Assembly: GCA_001662655.1 (NCBI GenBank)
Contig: KV460246.1
Direction: 5' to 3' (one strand)
DNA: 44,118 nt
Origin: Pseudogymnoascus verrucosus
Taxonomy: Eukaryota
Part shown: piece by piece, positions 12,003 through 22,831 of the stretch
How positions within the stretch are numbered: position 1 is the stretch's first letter
Layout: the number at the start of each line of letters is the position of its first letter
Made by a program: the position numbers and the translations under genes
The notes under the pieces: model-generated
The model's input: only the letters and a program-made list of their open reading frames with translations
Told to the model about the DNA's origin: nothing
Databases searched by the model: none

Positions 12003-12160
12003 GCGAACGTAATTTTCTAGTGGGAGGGGTTTAGGGTGCTCAGGAGTGGCCATAGAACACGGCTTATGCAAATATTTAAGAGATGTCGATGTGTACACAG
12101 ATTTTGGAATGATTGAAGTCAAAGTACCAATCATTTTTTCCTGCACAGTGGGTTTTCCTC
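12003..12160 (-). repeat. Right arm of the inverted repeat; lies within a decayed minus-strand ORF (11793-12146)
   Basis: Translates QEKMIGTLTSIIPKS...KPCSMATPEHPKPLPLENYV versus left arm QEKIMGTLT*IVSKS...KPSSKATAEHPEPVLPKNHV. Confidence 0.9.
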
Positions 12161-12340
12161 CACGAAGGGAGGGACGTTAAATGGCTAGATCTTTCTATTA
12201 CATTCAGAAACGGATATAATGTATTACCTGCAACGAAAATTTCCAACCTATAAAAATAATTTGGCCAAAGAAATATATTTATTTTCGGAAACAATATGAG
12301 TTATTATATAAATATATATAAATATATTTACAATCCTTCC

Positions 12341-12410
12341 CTACAATTTCCCATCTTTATTAATAAGCTTATTAATCTCATTTACACGAATTAATATCCA
12401 TCTGCACACA
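12341..12410 (+). repeat. Degenerate direct repeat copy 1, containing the perfect 18-bp palindrome ATTAATAAGCTTATTAAT (12359-12376)
   Basis: Core 12352-12384 matches 13952-13984 at 29/33, and all four differences are C/T. Confidence 0.8.
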
Positions 12411-12568
12411 CATCCAAGAGCCACCCTAAACCCGTTAGGCTGACTTCCCAAGATGGTTACACTCTTCATGTAAGATTGTATTCTAAAACGTGACAACAAC
12501 ACCATCTACTCTAACGAATCGTTAGTAACGATCATAAGCCTTAGCTAAATTCCCACTCTACCTTTAAC

Positions 12569-13449
12569 ATGACAACTACGCCGGATCCCCGCCAACTTTC
12601 TCCGGACCCTCGCCTCTCCTCTCCAGCCACCTACTCACGCGAAGTCGCCATTTCCAGCATCATATCTCTGTACCAGAGCATACCGCACATTGACCCTGCT
12701 GACATCCAGTTTCCGCCACACGGCGGATGGCCGGAAATCACCACTGCTTCCCTCGCGGAGCGGGGGCTACACAAGACCGACGAGGTAGTGGAATTATTGC
12801 AAAACATACCTTTCATTGCGGGCATCCGTCCGTGGGTAGCGCCTGACTCGTTTGCCCTTGACTACCGTCGCGTTCTAAAGGAGAAGGGGAGAGCAGCTGT
12901 GTTCGTATGGGAGTTGGCCGGCTACGATGACAGTGAATCTGTCCCGCCGTGGGTGGTTCAGATTACCACTGGTAAGAGTTAATTGGTCTGCGATGCTGTA
13001 TTGTTTGTCCCCTTGCTGACGCCGAGACAGGCACCGATCAAATGTTAGCGGCTTACATGCTAGACACCTCGGATGGCACGTTTACAAGGTACATGCAAAT
13101 AGTCGTGTACCCCGAGCCGACTAGTTTATACAGCACGGACGACCCGCGCTGTTGGCGGAATGTGTGCGACGATCAGACTTGGCCAGTTGAACAGCTGGTA
13201 CAGGAATGGCAAGCCAAGTATCGCAGCCTAGAGTGGTTAGGTTTACCGGGGAACATGAAATGGCCAAGCGTTCTGGTGTACGACGGCGAACCAAATGGTT
13301 GGTTATCTAAAGAGTGTATTAAGATGCAGGAGATTTACCGCGAGCATGGATGGCCTCACAACTACAGGGGCGGCGAGTGCCGCGCGGCCGTTCAGAGTTA
13401 TTGGGACAACAGGCATAATACAGCGCATGCCCCGCCGCCAACCCTTTAA
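12569..13449 (+). CDS. Uncharacterised fungal protein, 2 exons (intron 12972-13030), about 273 aa
   Basis: Two ORFs join in frame through GTAAGA...GCTGAC...CAG. YSRE.AI..I..LY, I.FPP.GGWP, KTDEVVELL..IPFI, LDTSDG and IYREHGWP resemble a widespread fungal family of unknown function. Confidence 0.8.
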
Positions 13450-13507
13450 CCACTGAAGCAAATATCTCGGCCGTAGCGTCAGATGCCCTACTAATAAGTA
13501 TCGGACG

Positions 13508-13612
13508 GGAGGCTGCGACGACGAGGAAACAGAGGTGGTCCAGGACACTAACAACCACAGCGAGAATGGCGACCAGACGTGTACGGGAGGTATTCAGAGC
13601 TACTGCTGCAAG
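13508..13612 (+). pseudogene. Isolated Cys-rich gene fragment resembling repeats of large fungal GH18 (killer-toxin-like) chitinases
   Basis: A frame not listed in the ORF track reads GGCDDEETEVVQDTNNHSENGDQTCTGGIQSYCCK. No start or catalytic domain is nearby. Family assignment is from memory of the motif. Confidence 0.55.
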
Positions 13613-13940
13613 AGGAGCTTCCTTTCGAGAGCTGTGCTGATGAAACCTGCTCCCGTGAGATAGAGGCGCTTGAAAGAGTGGTTCAAGCTATGAGGGAGCA
13701 GGCCGAGATTGATGCTACGCCCCTAACGTCGCCATCTGAGGTTTCTGTTGAGTTGGCGACACCTGTTACAGGAAATGATGCCTTGGTTGCACCGACTAGT
13801 CAGCCTAAGTCGGGGTCTGGGAGATACTTGGCTCATCCGCGACAGACGGGGGTTTCTTATGTGTAAAAATATAGAGAATGTAAGAGGGTAGTCTCTCTAT
13901 ATAAGAGGGAAATATAACGTTATATGTTATAATTCCCTGT

Positions 13941-14010
13941 CTATATTTTTTCATCCCTATTAATAAGCCTATTAATCCCATTTATTCATATTACTACCTA
14001 TTTTCGTACG
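13941..14010 (+). repeat. Degenerate direct repeat copy 2 (offset 1600 bp from copy 1)
   Basis: CATCCCTATTAATAAGCCTATTAATCCCATTTA at 13952-13984. Confidence 0.8.
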
Positions 14011-14109
14011 TAGTTTAAGAGAGCTTCGTGCTCAGCCCAGCATAGTATTTTGTTACATACAATAACCACGTTACTCGACGCTTATTTGTCTAATCGCATG
14101 TGAAACACG

Positions 14110-15102
14110 TTATACTGGATCGTCTCTCATCTTCCTTTGCACCTCGAACACTCCATTTAGTGCCACATCCCGACCCGTATACTGAGCAGGTTTTGGGCTA
14201 CCATATGCCTCAGCCACTTGCGCAATAATCTTTCCCTCCCAGTCGTCGCCACTCCTTTCTCCTAACGGGTCCGCAAAGCTCATTGGCACGCTGCTATCCC
14301 AAACCCCCTGTATCGTGCCTGATAGATTCTTCAAAAAGCTCGCTAGACCGCCTGCGCCCCCACCCATATTGTATGATTTGAAAGGACCTTGCACGGCCCA
14401 TCTAGGGCCGATACTAGCTTCGACGAGGAGATCTAGATCCTGGGCACTGATAATATCGCGATCGACTAAGTAGCATGCTTCGCGGAGGAGAGCGAATGCA
14501 AGTCTATTCCCGACGAAGCCTGCAATCTCCCGTTTGAGGACGATTGGCTGATGGCCGGATGCCATCTCTGTGAAATACTTTTTGGCGAAGTCCACCTCTA
14601 TTGATTTCGTCATTGGGGAAGGTACAATCTCAATAAGTGGCATGACATGAGGAGGGTTAAATGGATGGACAACCAAAAGTCGAGTCTGGTCATTCATATC
14701 CTGGACCTGAAGCGAGGCTGCGATTCCCGAGGTCGAACTCCATAAGTGAGTCTTATCGGAAACTAATTTTTCCACTTGGGGCCAGATAGATCGTTTGAAA
14801 GATAGGTTCTCTGGCCCTTGCTCTTGGACGATTGTAGCATTCTGGCACGCTTCCTCCAAGGACGAACAAATCTTCAAGCGGCGTGTGAGGCGAAGTTGAG
14901 ATAGACTAAGCGCAGCGTCTTCGGAATCAATGTAGCCAGGTAGGACTGAATTGATGTACTCTTCAAGATCAGGCCGCGTATCGTATACAGAGACAATTGC
15001 ACTTGTGTGTTTAATATGGAGGGCAGCGAAGGATATACCAATAGTTCCGAGACCGATCAAGGCGACATTGTGCTGAGCGTCTGACGACGATGCTGGTGTC
15101 AT
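14110..15102 (-). CDS. 3-hydroxyacyl-CoA dehydrogenase family protein (L-carnitine/L-gulonate dehydrogenase-like), intronless, 330 aa
   Basis: GLGTIG NAD motif, VQEQGPE...K, SSTSG, HPFNPPH..PLIE, GFVGNRL..ALLREA and G.RWAV.GPF. Confidence 0.92.
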   Translation of the reverse strand: MTPASSSDAQHNVALIGLGTIGISFAALHIKHTSAIVSVYDTRPDLEEYINSVLPGYIDSEDAALSLSQLRLTRRLKICSSLEEACQNATIVQEQGPENLSFKRSIWPQVEKLVSDKTHLWSSTSGIAASLQVQDMNDQTRLLVVHPFNPPHVMPLIEIVPSPMTKSIEVDFAKKYFTEMASGHQPIVLKREIAGFVGNRLAFALLREACYLVDRDIISAQDLDLLVEASIGPRWAVQGPFKSYNMGGGAGGLASFLKNLSGTIQGVWDSSVPMSFADPLGERSGDDWEGKIIAQVAEAYGSPKPAQYTGRDVALNGVFEVQRKMRDDPV

Positions 15103-15454
15103 ATTGTTCTGCTTTTATGGACAGACCGACAAAAATGAGGTAGACTACAATCAATGAGTGGTAGGTTTGGTATATCTAGACATATTCATCACGACCCCGC
15201 ACCGCCGGCCGCTAAAATAACCCAATTCAGGGCCCTGGTACCACCCCCTCGGGTCCCGAACCATCGACGTCACAGCCGAATCAACCTACCACGCCTCGGG
15301 GTACACCACTCACTTACAGCACATGGCGTCCCGAGTATCACATTGCATCCTCCCAAGTCTTCGCAAGCACTTTCTCGTTTTCTCATCTTTAAGACTCTCT
15401 GTTTTCCACAGTACAATATATCCACCCCACCACCGCCGCCACACACAACAAACA

Positions 15455-16246
15455 ATGTCCCCCTCCCCTCCCTCGCTTCAAATCCTCACCCCTACCCCCC
15501 CACCATCTACCCCAAAGCCAAAAACCCTCTTCATCCTTGACTCCTCCTTCAACCCCCCCACAGTCGCACACCTGCACCTCGCGCGCTCAGCGCTTTTCTC
15601 TCGGGATGAGGAGAGGTACCCGCATCCACGGCGGGTGTTACTGTTATTGGCGACGAAGAACGCCGATAAACCCGATGTCGAAGCAGGGCGGGAGAATAGA
15701 GTGACGATGATGCGGGTGTTGGCTGGAGATGTGGTGGGGTACCGGGGCGCGGGGAAAGGGAAGGAAGGAGGGGAAGAAAAAGATAGGGAGGGTGTCGACA
15801 TAGCCCTCACGCCCCACGCCCTCTTCATCGACAAAGCGCGCGTTATCGCAGAGGAATCGACATATTCCGGCGCGAAGAAAGTTTTCATCCTCGGTTTCGA
15901 CACGCTCAAACGGCTACTGGAGGTGCGGTACTACGACCCCCCCAGTCTATCGGGGTTGGGGCCACTGTTTCAGGGGGGTGTGAGGGTGCATTTGCGCGCT
16001 GGTGGTGAGGAAGAGGAGGGGGAGCAGAGGAGGTGGATTGAGAGTCTTGGGGGAGAGGGGGGAGAGATGGAGAGGAATGGGGGGAGGAGGGAATGGGTGC
16101 GGGGGATGGAGGTGGTGGAAGCCCAAGAGGGGGAGGTAAGTTCGAGTGAGGTTAGGAGGAGGGTTAAGGCGGGGGAGGGGGTGGAGGGGTTGGTTACGGA
16201 GGGAATAGAGGAGGTTATTGAGAGGAAAGGGTTGTATAGGGCGTAG
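15455..16246 (+). CDS. POF1: Cytidylyltransferase-like nucleotidyltransferase (POF1-like NMN adenylyltransferase); alternative upstream in-frame ATG at 15323
   Basis: LDSSFNPPTVAH (HxxH-type motif), LLLATKNADK, FIDKA, GFDTLKRL...YY and SSSEVR. Confidence 0.87.
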   Translation: MSPSPPSLQILTPTPPPSTPKPKTLFILDSSFNPPTVAHLHLARSALFSRDEERYPHPRRVLLLLATKNADKPDVEAGRENRVTMMRVLAGDVVGYRGAGKGKEGGEEKDREGVDIALTPHALFIDKARVIAEESTYSGAKKVFILGFDTLKRLLEVRYYDPPSLSGLGPLFQGGVRVHLRAGGEEEEGEQRRWIESLGGEGGEMERNGGRREWVRGMEVVEAQEGEVSSSEVRRRVKAGEGVEGLVTEGIEEVIERKGLYRA

Positions 16247-18215
16247 AAGAGGAGGTTGAGATATGAGGGTTGTATAAAGAAGGTTTATAGGAGGAGAGAG
16301 GGGAAGGAGTAAGAGAGAGTTACGAGAGAGGAGTACATGAGAAGGGAGGGAGTTACTGTATATAAGAGGAAGGAGCCCGTAGACGAGCGACTGATATATG
16401 AGAAGGGCCTGGCAGATAATCAATAGTGAGGCACCCTGCCATTGAAGTTACCCATCATCGAGTGTCCCTCCTGTATGTACAGCATGCCAAATGATGAAAT
16501 CGTGATGCGCCGTATCGCCGTCGCCGTGCCCGTAAGAAAATAGTCCATAGTACTATGCTCTGTGATGTATACCCGGACATTATGTTGTATATTATATCAT
16601 CTTGCATTGGCACGGAATTGGTGACAGAAGTGATAAAAAGTCTGGATGAAGAAGGGACAAATAGTCGAATACGATGAGCAGATAGACAGGGCCGAAAAGC
16701 GTCTCGCAGTTTCGGAGGTTATATGGATTTTTCACTACCGTGTGCGCAATACAGGATCCATATGGTCGGTCGTCAATGGTCAAAGTCCTTTATATTATGT
16801 TATGCCCATCTTGCTGACATATCCACTCAATCTCGTTTACAAGCAGACAGAATAAAGCCAATCCAACCGGAACTCCTATACGGACCCATACTATACTCGG
16901 ATACGCCAGTTAAGTCCGTAGTGCGCCTAGCCATCACCCGTACCCGCACCATAACACTAACATAACCCACAGAAACACCCACGCCCATACAGGAACCTTA
17001 GATGGCCCACGGCGGAAGGCGGCGGACGAACATGTCTCGCCAATTTCGCGCCCACAAGCCCACAACATCCCAGCCGCTGAGTCACTCGCCGTGGGCGGCT
17101 AAACCCTGTTCGTCGTCTCCCATTTTGCGGGAGCGCTCTTCGCTTCTCTCGCCGTCGCAGGGCTTCGAGCGCCTTCCCCCGTCGGCGGCGGAGGACGGTG
17201 CGAGGCTCCAATGCCCATAGTAAATTATCGAAGGGTCGGTGGTGACGGTCCTGTCGCAGCCTCCGCATCCACAGACCTGTGCCGATCTAGATGCGGAGAG
17301 AGGGATGAAGACTCCTGCCTTATACGTTCCTTTCGGTGAGGGAGAGCACGACAACGCTGTGCGGCGGCCTGAAACTCGACGCTCGGTGGGTGGTGATAAC
17401 GGATTGGATTGATTGTACTGAATGTACTCTACATGTTGTACTCCCCGATGCATGCTTTTGATGCAAGGAGTCAAGAGTTTTACTTTGTGAGTTATACGGT
17501 GAGTAACAAGTTCATGGGTTTATGGAGTTATGGTGTTATGATGGCTTTACCATAGATCTCCATATGGGTCTAAGATTCGGAGATAGGAGTGGATGCTCAG
17601 GGCTGACACAACCACACCATACTTAGTCACAATTCCCTTCTCTCTGTCTCCATCGCGACGACATAACGCGCTAAGTTAAAATAAAAATACAGGCAGTACC
17701 GCATTGATAGTACTTGCATTACAGTAATATTCTCACCTATACGACATGTACCTCCAATGCGGAATTCCTGTACAGTTGTACAAATAATGAGCGAGCATGA
17801 GTGATGGTGACTAGTAGTGGATCATAGTGGGGCCGTCGTCCCTCTCCTTCCTCTCTTTTCAACACCATAACGGATCCGCTGAAAGTGGTTCTTACATCCA
17901 ACAAACTCTATTTTCAAATTGTACTTCTAGTGGCAGGACGAGTACCGATGTACTCTATTCCATAGCTGAATATGATGGATGGCAGGTCTATCTATATATA
18001 TGTAGGTCCTCTCTCCTTTGTCATATTCTTCTCTTTCTTCAATATAATTCTCACATTCGAGCTTCGACCTCTCCTCCACCTCCTCTCCTTCCCTCCCCTT
18101 TCTTCACAGCCCCCACTTTACCTGCCTCACTCTCTATTACTTTTCATTATCACATCATACAACAAAACACAACACCGCACAACCTGGCAAAGCTTCCACT
18201 CCACCAACACCCTCG

Positions 18216-20029
18216 ATGACCGAGCACATACCCTCCTCGGCGACCTCCATGGTCGACGAAGAGAAAATGGAGAAGAAGCTCGCCGAATCCACCACCGACC
18301 GTCCAACAAGCGGCAGCGAGGCATCCCTCAAGGATGGCCTCTCCGCCGACAATGCAGTCCCCGAGACCGTCTACCCAACCGGTTTCCGCATGGCCGCCAT
18401 CGTCGTCGCTCTCGCCCTAGGAATCTTCCTCGTTGCCCTCGACATGACCATCGTGGCGACCGCCATCCCCAAAATCACCGACACAAAAGGCTTTGAGGGG
18501 CTTGATCTGATCGCCTGGTACAGCTCTGGCTTCTTCCTGACGCTTGGTTCCTTCCAATCTACATGGTATGTCCTCCCTCCCGCCTCCTCTTCCCACCCCT
18601 GGCTCTCTAAACAATAACTAACATACTCCAGGGGCAAAATCTACAAATACTTCCCCTTAAAAATCTCTTTCCTAATCTCCATCGCCGTCTTCGAGCTCGG
18701 TTCCCTAATCTGCGGCGTCGCGCCCAACAGCACCGCCCTGATCGTCGGCCGCGCCATCGCCGGTGCAGGAGGTGCCGGTATCGCCTCGGGAGGTTACACC
18801 ATCATCGCCTTCTCCGCCTCTCCTAAGATGGCGCCTGCATTTACTGGACTCCTGGGTGCTAGTTACGGAGTCGCTAGTGTGATTGGTCCGCTCCTTGGTG
18901 GTGTCTTCGCTGATCATGCGACGTGGAGGTGGTGTTTTTATATTAACCTGTAAGTCGCCCCCCCCCCCCCCAAAAACACCCCTCTGCCAGTTCACGACAC
19001 TAACCCCAACCCAGACCCATCGGAGGCGTAGCAGCAATAATCATCTTCCTCTTCTTCCAGACTCCCCCCGCCGCGATCCCCGCCGCGGCCCCTCTCCGCG
19101 AAAAGCTCCTCCAAATGGACCCCCTCGGCAACCTCATCGTCCTCATCGGCGTCGTCTGCTACATCCTCGCCCTGCAATGGGGCGGCGTCACCAAATCTTG
19201 GTCTTCTGGCCCTGTCATCGGGACGCTCGTCGCTTTCGGGCTATGCATCTTCCTCTTTATTGCCGTGGAATACTACCTGGGCGAGCGCGGGATGGTCGTC
19301 GGTCGTCTGCTGAAGAAACGCACAATGTGGGTCCCAATGTTGTACTCCCCGTTCCTGGGGGGTGCGTTCTTCGTCCTGCTCTACTACCTCCCTATCTACT
19401 TCCAAGTTGTCGGCGGAGTTTCGCCGTCGGAATCTGGGATCAGGAATCTGGCGATGATTATTGCTACTTCCATTGCTACGATCGCTTCGGGGGCGCTGAT
19501 TAGTATGTTCGGACACTACGTGTACATCCTCATCGCCGGCGGCGCATTCACCGCCATCGGCGCAGGCCTAATCTACACCCTTGGCCTCGACTCCCCCGCC
19601 TCCCAATGGATAGGGTACCAAGTCCTCGCCGGTCTCGGTGTAGGTTTATCAATCCAATGCGCCATCATCGTCGCGCAAAGCACCTCCGCGCCCGCCGACG
19701 TCTCCTCCGCCACCGCAATGGTGCTCTTCACCCAAACCATCGGGGGCGCATTTTTCGTCTCCGCCGGCCAAACAGCATTCACCAACATCCTCCTCAAGCG
19801 GGTTCAGATCTACGTTCCGGGAATTGATCCCCAGAGAATCCTGGCTGTTGGAGCTGGGCAGATTAGAGAGGCGTTTGAGGCGGATGTGGTGGAGGGCGTT
19901 ATTAGGGCGTATTTGGATGGCCTCAGGGGGGCGTTTGCGATTGCGGTTGCGTGTGCGGCGATTGCGACGTTGGTTGGGGCGGGGGGGAAGTGGGTTAAGC
20001 TTGCGGGGATGGCGGGGGGGGCTATGTGA
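18216..20029 (+). CDS. MFS drug:H+ antiporter (DHA2, 14-TM toxin efflux type), 3 exons (introns 18566-18631, 18950-19014), about 560 aa
   Basis: [72 protein letters not shown] and QTIGGA motifs. Splice phases are consistent. Confidence 0.95.
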
Positions 20030-20728
20030 GCTCGTGTCTGCTTGATCGGTTGCAAAACGGGGAAGAGTTGTTTGATAGAGAGAGAGTGGAGGGGGTAATG
20101 GTATAGACCGACTTGTGGTGCAAAGATTGGACCACAACTAGATATGGGTGGATTCTTCTCTGGCGTTTTTTTGGGGCGGGCATTATTGGGTATCCTATAC
20201 TCACTTAGCATTGGCGAGGCGTTCTCTTACGGATGGGTAATAGATTGATAAATAGACGGATGGGACAGGACAGGAAGGGACGGATATACAGGCTCGACCA
20301 ACTCAGCAGCTGCATATTCAAAAAGACATATCTTGTATACCAGTGCTTTCTTATTAGCTTTCTGGGTTAATACTACACTACTCTATACTTGGCTGTTTCG
20401 TCCACTTCTGTATGATATATATCTCCGGTGGGGCTTTTCTGCCATGTTCTGTATAACGTAGGCTGGTCCCGATATCAAAAGTGGTCGAATACTCGTACTG
20501 GTTTTCGAGTACAGATGTCGCTGTCATGCGCTCAGCTCTCGGGGTATCTCCATATCTCGCGCCTGTCGGGTAGCTGGGGTATCTCCATATCTCCGCATCG
20601 CCTCCTGTGACGCCAGCACCATGCTGAAGCGTCCATCACCTCATCAACACCCCAACCATTAATACTTGATCCTCGCAGAATCTCTCGATCCTTATTAATA
20701 ACCCATCATCATCCACAACCCCCCCCTT

Positions 20729-22126
20729 TCACCCCCCAACCCTCCCCCCCTTCACAACCCCTCCACTCACCCCCCCCTCCCCCGTCATCCATCCTGGCAT
20801 CTTCTCTCCCTCCACAACCCCTCGTTCCACCAACCCCCTAACCCCCTTAAACACATCACTCCCCCTGAACACAACCCTAACACTCGGGCACCATCCCCCT
20901 TCTTTCTCCCCAGGGAACGGGTCTTCAATCCTCACATCCACCAATTCAAGCGGGGCACTGGGCACATCCCCGAACCGCGCCTGGGCAATGAGACGCCGGC
21001 GTTTCGCTGTTTCCGCACCAGGATCAAGGGGGCGCTTCATTCCCTTCCCTCTCCCTTCGGGCACCTCGTGTAGCAGATCCACCTCCTCCCCTTCCTCCTC
21101 TTTCCCGTCCTTCTCCCCTCCTCCGACGAGTTTACCCACTTCCCCAGCAACATTCCTATTCGTCCCCCCCACAACCTCGCGAAGCACAGGCGCCACAGAT
21201 TCCAACGGCGTATCCCCCGCTTTCCTCCCACTAAGCGCATACCCCCCCCATCCACCCTGCGCCTTCCCCGTCCTTCCCCCGCCACGAAGCGCGATCATCG
21301 CTTCGAGACTGCGGGCGGAGAGGTTGGTGGATGCTAACGTGTAGCGTGCTCGCGGCCGCGAGAGGGCGGTGGGGAGACATGCTATGAGTGTCCTCCTAAG
21401 ATCGCGGGCCGTGTTTTCATTTGCCGTGGTGGCTGTGCCAGTAGTCGGGGGTGATGATGCGGCGGAGAGGAAGATATGCGGACTTGCGTCTGGGAAGGCG
21501 ACGTAGACTACCTTTGCGCCTGAGAGGGAGGGGGTCGTGGCATATGGTGTGTCGAGGAGCATGACTCTTAATAGTAGGAGTGGGAGTCCGGGGGGTCGGT
21601 CGAGGTTATAATGCGCTTTGATATCTGGCGGGAGGGCGCGCTGTAGTGCTTTGAGGAAGGTGGGTGGGTGGAAGCGCGGGATTGGAGGCGCGGAGGGGTG
21701 GGAGGGTGTGAGTGCATAGGCGGACCATTTCTGCGATGTTGGGTGCGTTTGTAGGATCAGCGTGTCGGCCATGGCGAGTTGGTAGAGTGTGAGGCCATGA
21801 CGATAGTCTCCTGTTAAGAGGCGATCGAGTAAGGCGGTGCGAGTGCCGCGCGTGGATTGGAGGTCGGTATAGAATTCGCGCAAATCCTCCAAGCTGGAAT
21901 GAGGAGGGTAGAAGTCCCCAGCGTGTAGGTCATCGGAGGAGTCATCGGCGGAGGCGAGGTAGGGCGCGCTAAGGGGCTGGTTGCGGTCGTCAAGCCAGTC
22001 GAGGGTTAGGGAGATGAGGGCGGGGCGGGAGAGTTTGGAGAGGATGCGGGGGATGGCGGGGTCGGTGGAGGGGATGAGGAGGGAGGGGGAGAGGGCGGCG
22101 GAGGTGGGGACGGAGAGGGGTGGCAT
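20729..22126 (-). CDS. CHL4: Kinetochore protein CHL4/Mis15/CENP-N, intronless, 465 aa
   Basis: LSKLSR..LISLTLDWLD, DR.L.GDYRHGLTLYQLAMAD, RFHPPTFL..LQ..LPPDIKAHY, YVAFPD.SP and F.GSDVF.GVR.LVE.GVV....MPGWMTGE.GVS.G.V motifs. Confidence 0.88.
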   Translation of the reverse strand: MPPLSVPTSAALSPSLLIPSTDPAIPRILSKLSRPALISLTLDWLDDRNQPLSAPYLASADDSSDDLHAGDFYPPHSSLEDLREFYTDLQSTRGTRTALLDRLLTGDYRHGLTLYQLAMADTLILQTHPTSQKWSAYALTPSHPSAPPIPRFHPPTFLKALQRALPPDIKAHYNLDRPPGLPLLLLRVMLLDTPYATTPSLSGAKVVYVAFPDASPHIFLSAASSPPTTGTATTANENTARDLRRTLIACLPTALSRPRARYTLASTNLSARSLEAMIALRGGGRTGKAQGGWGGYALSGRKAGDTPLESVAPVLREVVGGTNRNVAGEVGKLVGGGEKDGKEEEGEEVDLLHEVPEGRGKGMKRPLDPGAETAKRRRLIAQARFGDVPSAPLELVDVRIEDPFPGEKEGGWCPSVRVVFRGSDVFKGVRGLVERGVVEGEKMPGWMTGEGGVSGGVVKGGRVGG

Positions 22127-22357
22127 TGTCGGCTTTGGGTGTGGAGTTTGTGTGGTTATTGTGGTGGCATTGGCGGGTTGTGATTGCCCCTCGGTGGTGG
22201 TGTTGATGTTGTGTTTCTCTGGGGAATTGGTTGATGGGTTTTGCTCCTGAGAGCTGGTTGTTGAATAATTCGCTTGTCACGAGTATGAGAACAGCGTGTT
22301 CTAGGTGGTGGTGCCGTGGCTCACCCGTGGATCACCTCGTTGGCATATTGTCGCGGT

Positions 22358-22728
22358 TTGTTTACGTCGTCGACAATTTCAAGCTCGGGCAGTTATCATG
22401 ATCGCGTCAGGGTGCATATTTATTTTATCCTAGTATGTAAGGCATACTCACTGATTGTTGGTGGATCCATATCACGTGGGTAATTATGGCCAAGCCTGTC
22501 AGGCATCCAAATAGTAGTCCGTGATTGGTGACATGGTCTAGACTTCTCGTTGACGTTTGTGCCACGATAACCAATGAACGACACTGCGCAATATCACCCA
22601 AGGCGCTCTGTATGCCCAAACCCAGTGAGATATTCCGTGAGATGACATGGAGGAATTTAGTGCCTGATGTAGATCTAAGACATGTATTTATCACGTGTTA
22701 GGAGTTTTCATAGTTACCTTGTCAACAA
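22358..22728. promoter_or_regulatory. Divergent CHL4/Aurora promoter with forkhead-like and CACGTG motifs
   Basis: GTAAACAA on the minus strand at 22358-22365, GTCAACAA at 22721-22728, and ATCACGTG at 22471-22478 and 22690-22697. Confidence 0.4.
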
Positions 22729-22831
22729 ACAGCTCAATAACCACTATACACAACTTCCGCCAACACCCACCTAACTAGGCCATTTATTGCCTTGCGACAA
22801 TATTTAATTAGAAAATCTTGTACCTCTCAAA

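Noticed and set aside
7350..15150. Island as a Starship or intact autonomous transposon
   Set aside because: No tyrosine-recombinase captain, DDE core, Rep/helicase or reverse transcriptase is visible, and I could not identify TIRs.
16490..16570. ATGATGA box-C-like motif suggesting a snoRNA
   Set aside because: No matching terminal CTGA box D, terminal stem or recognisable rRNA guide.
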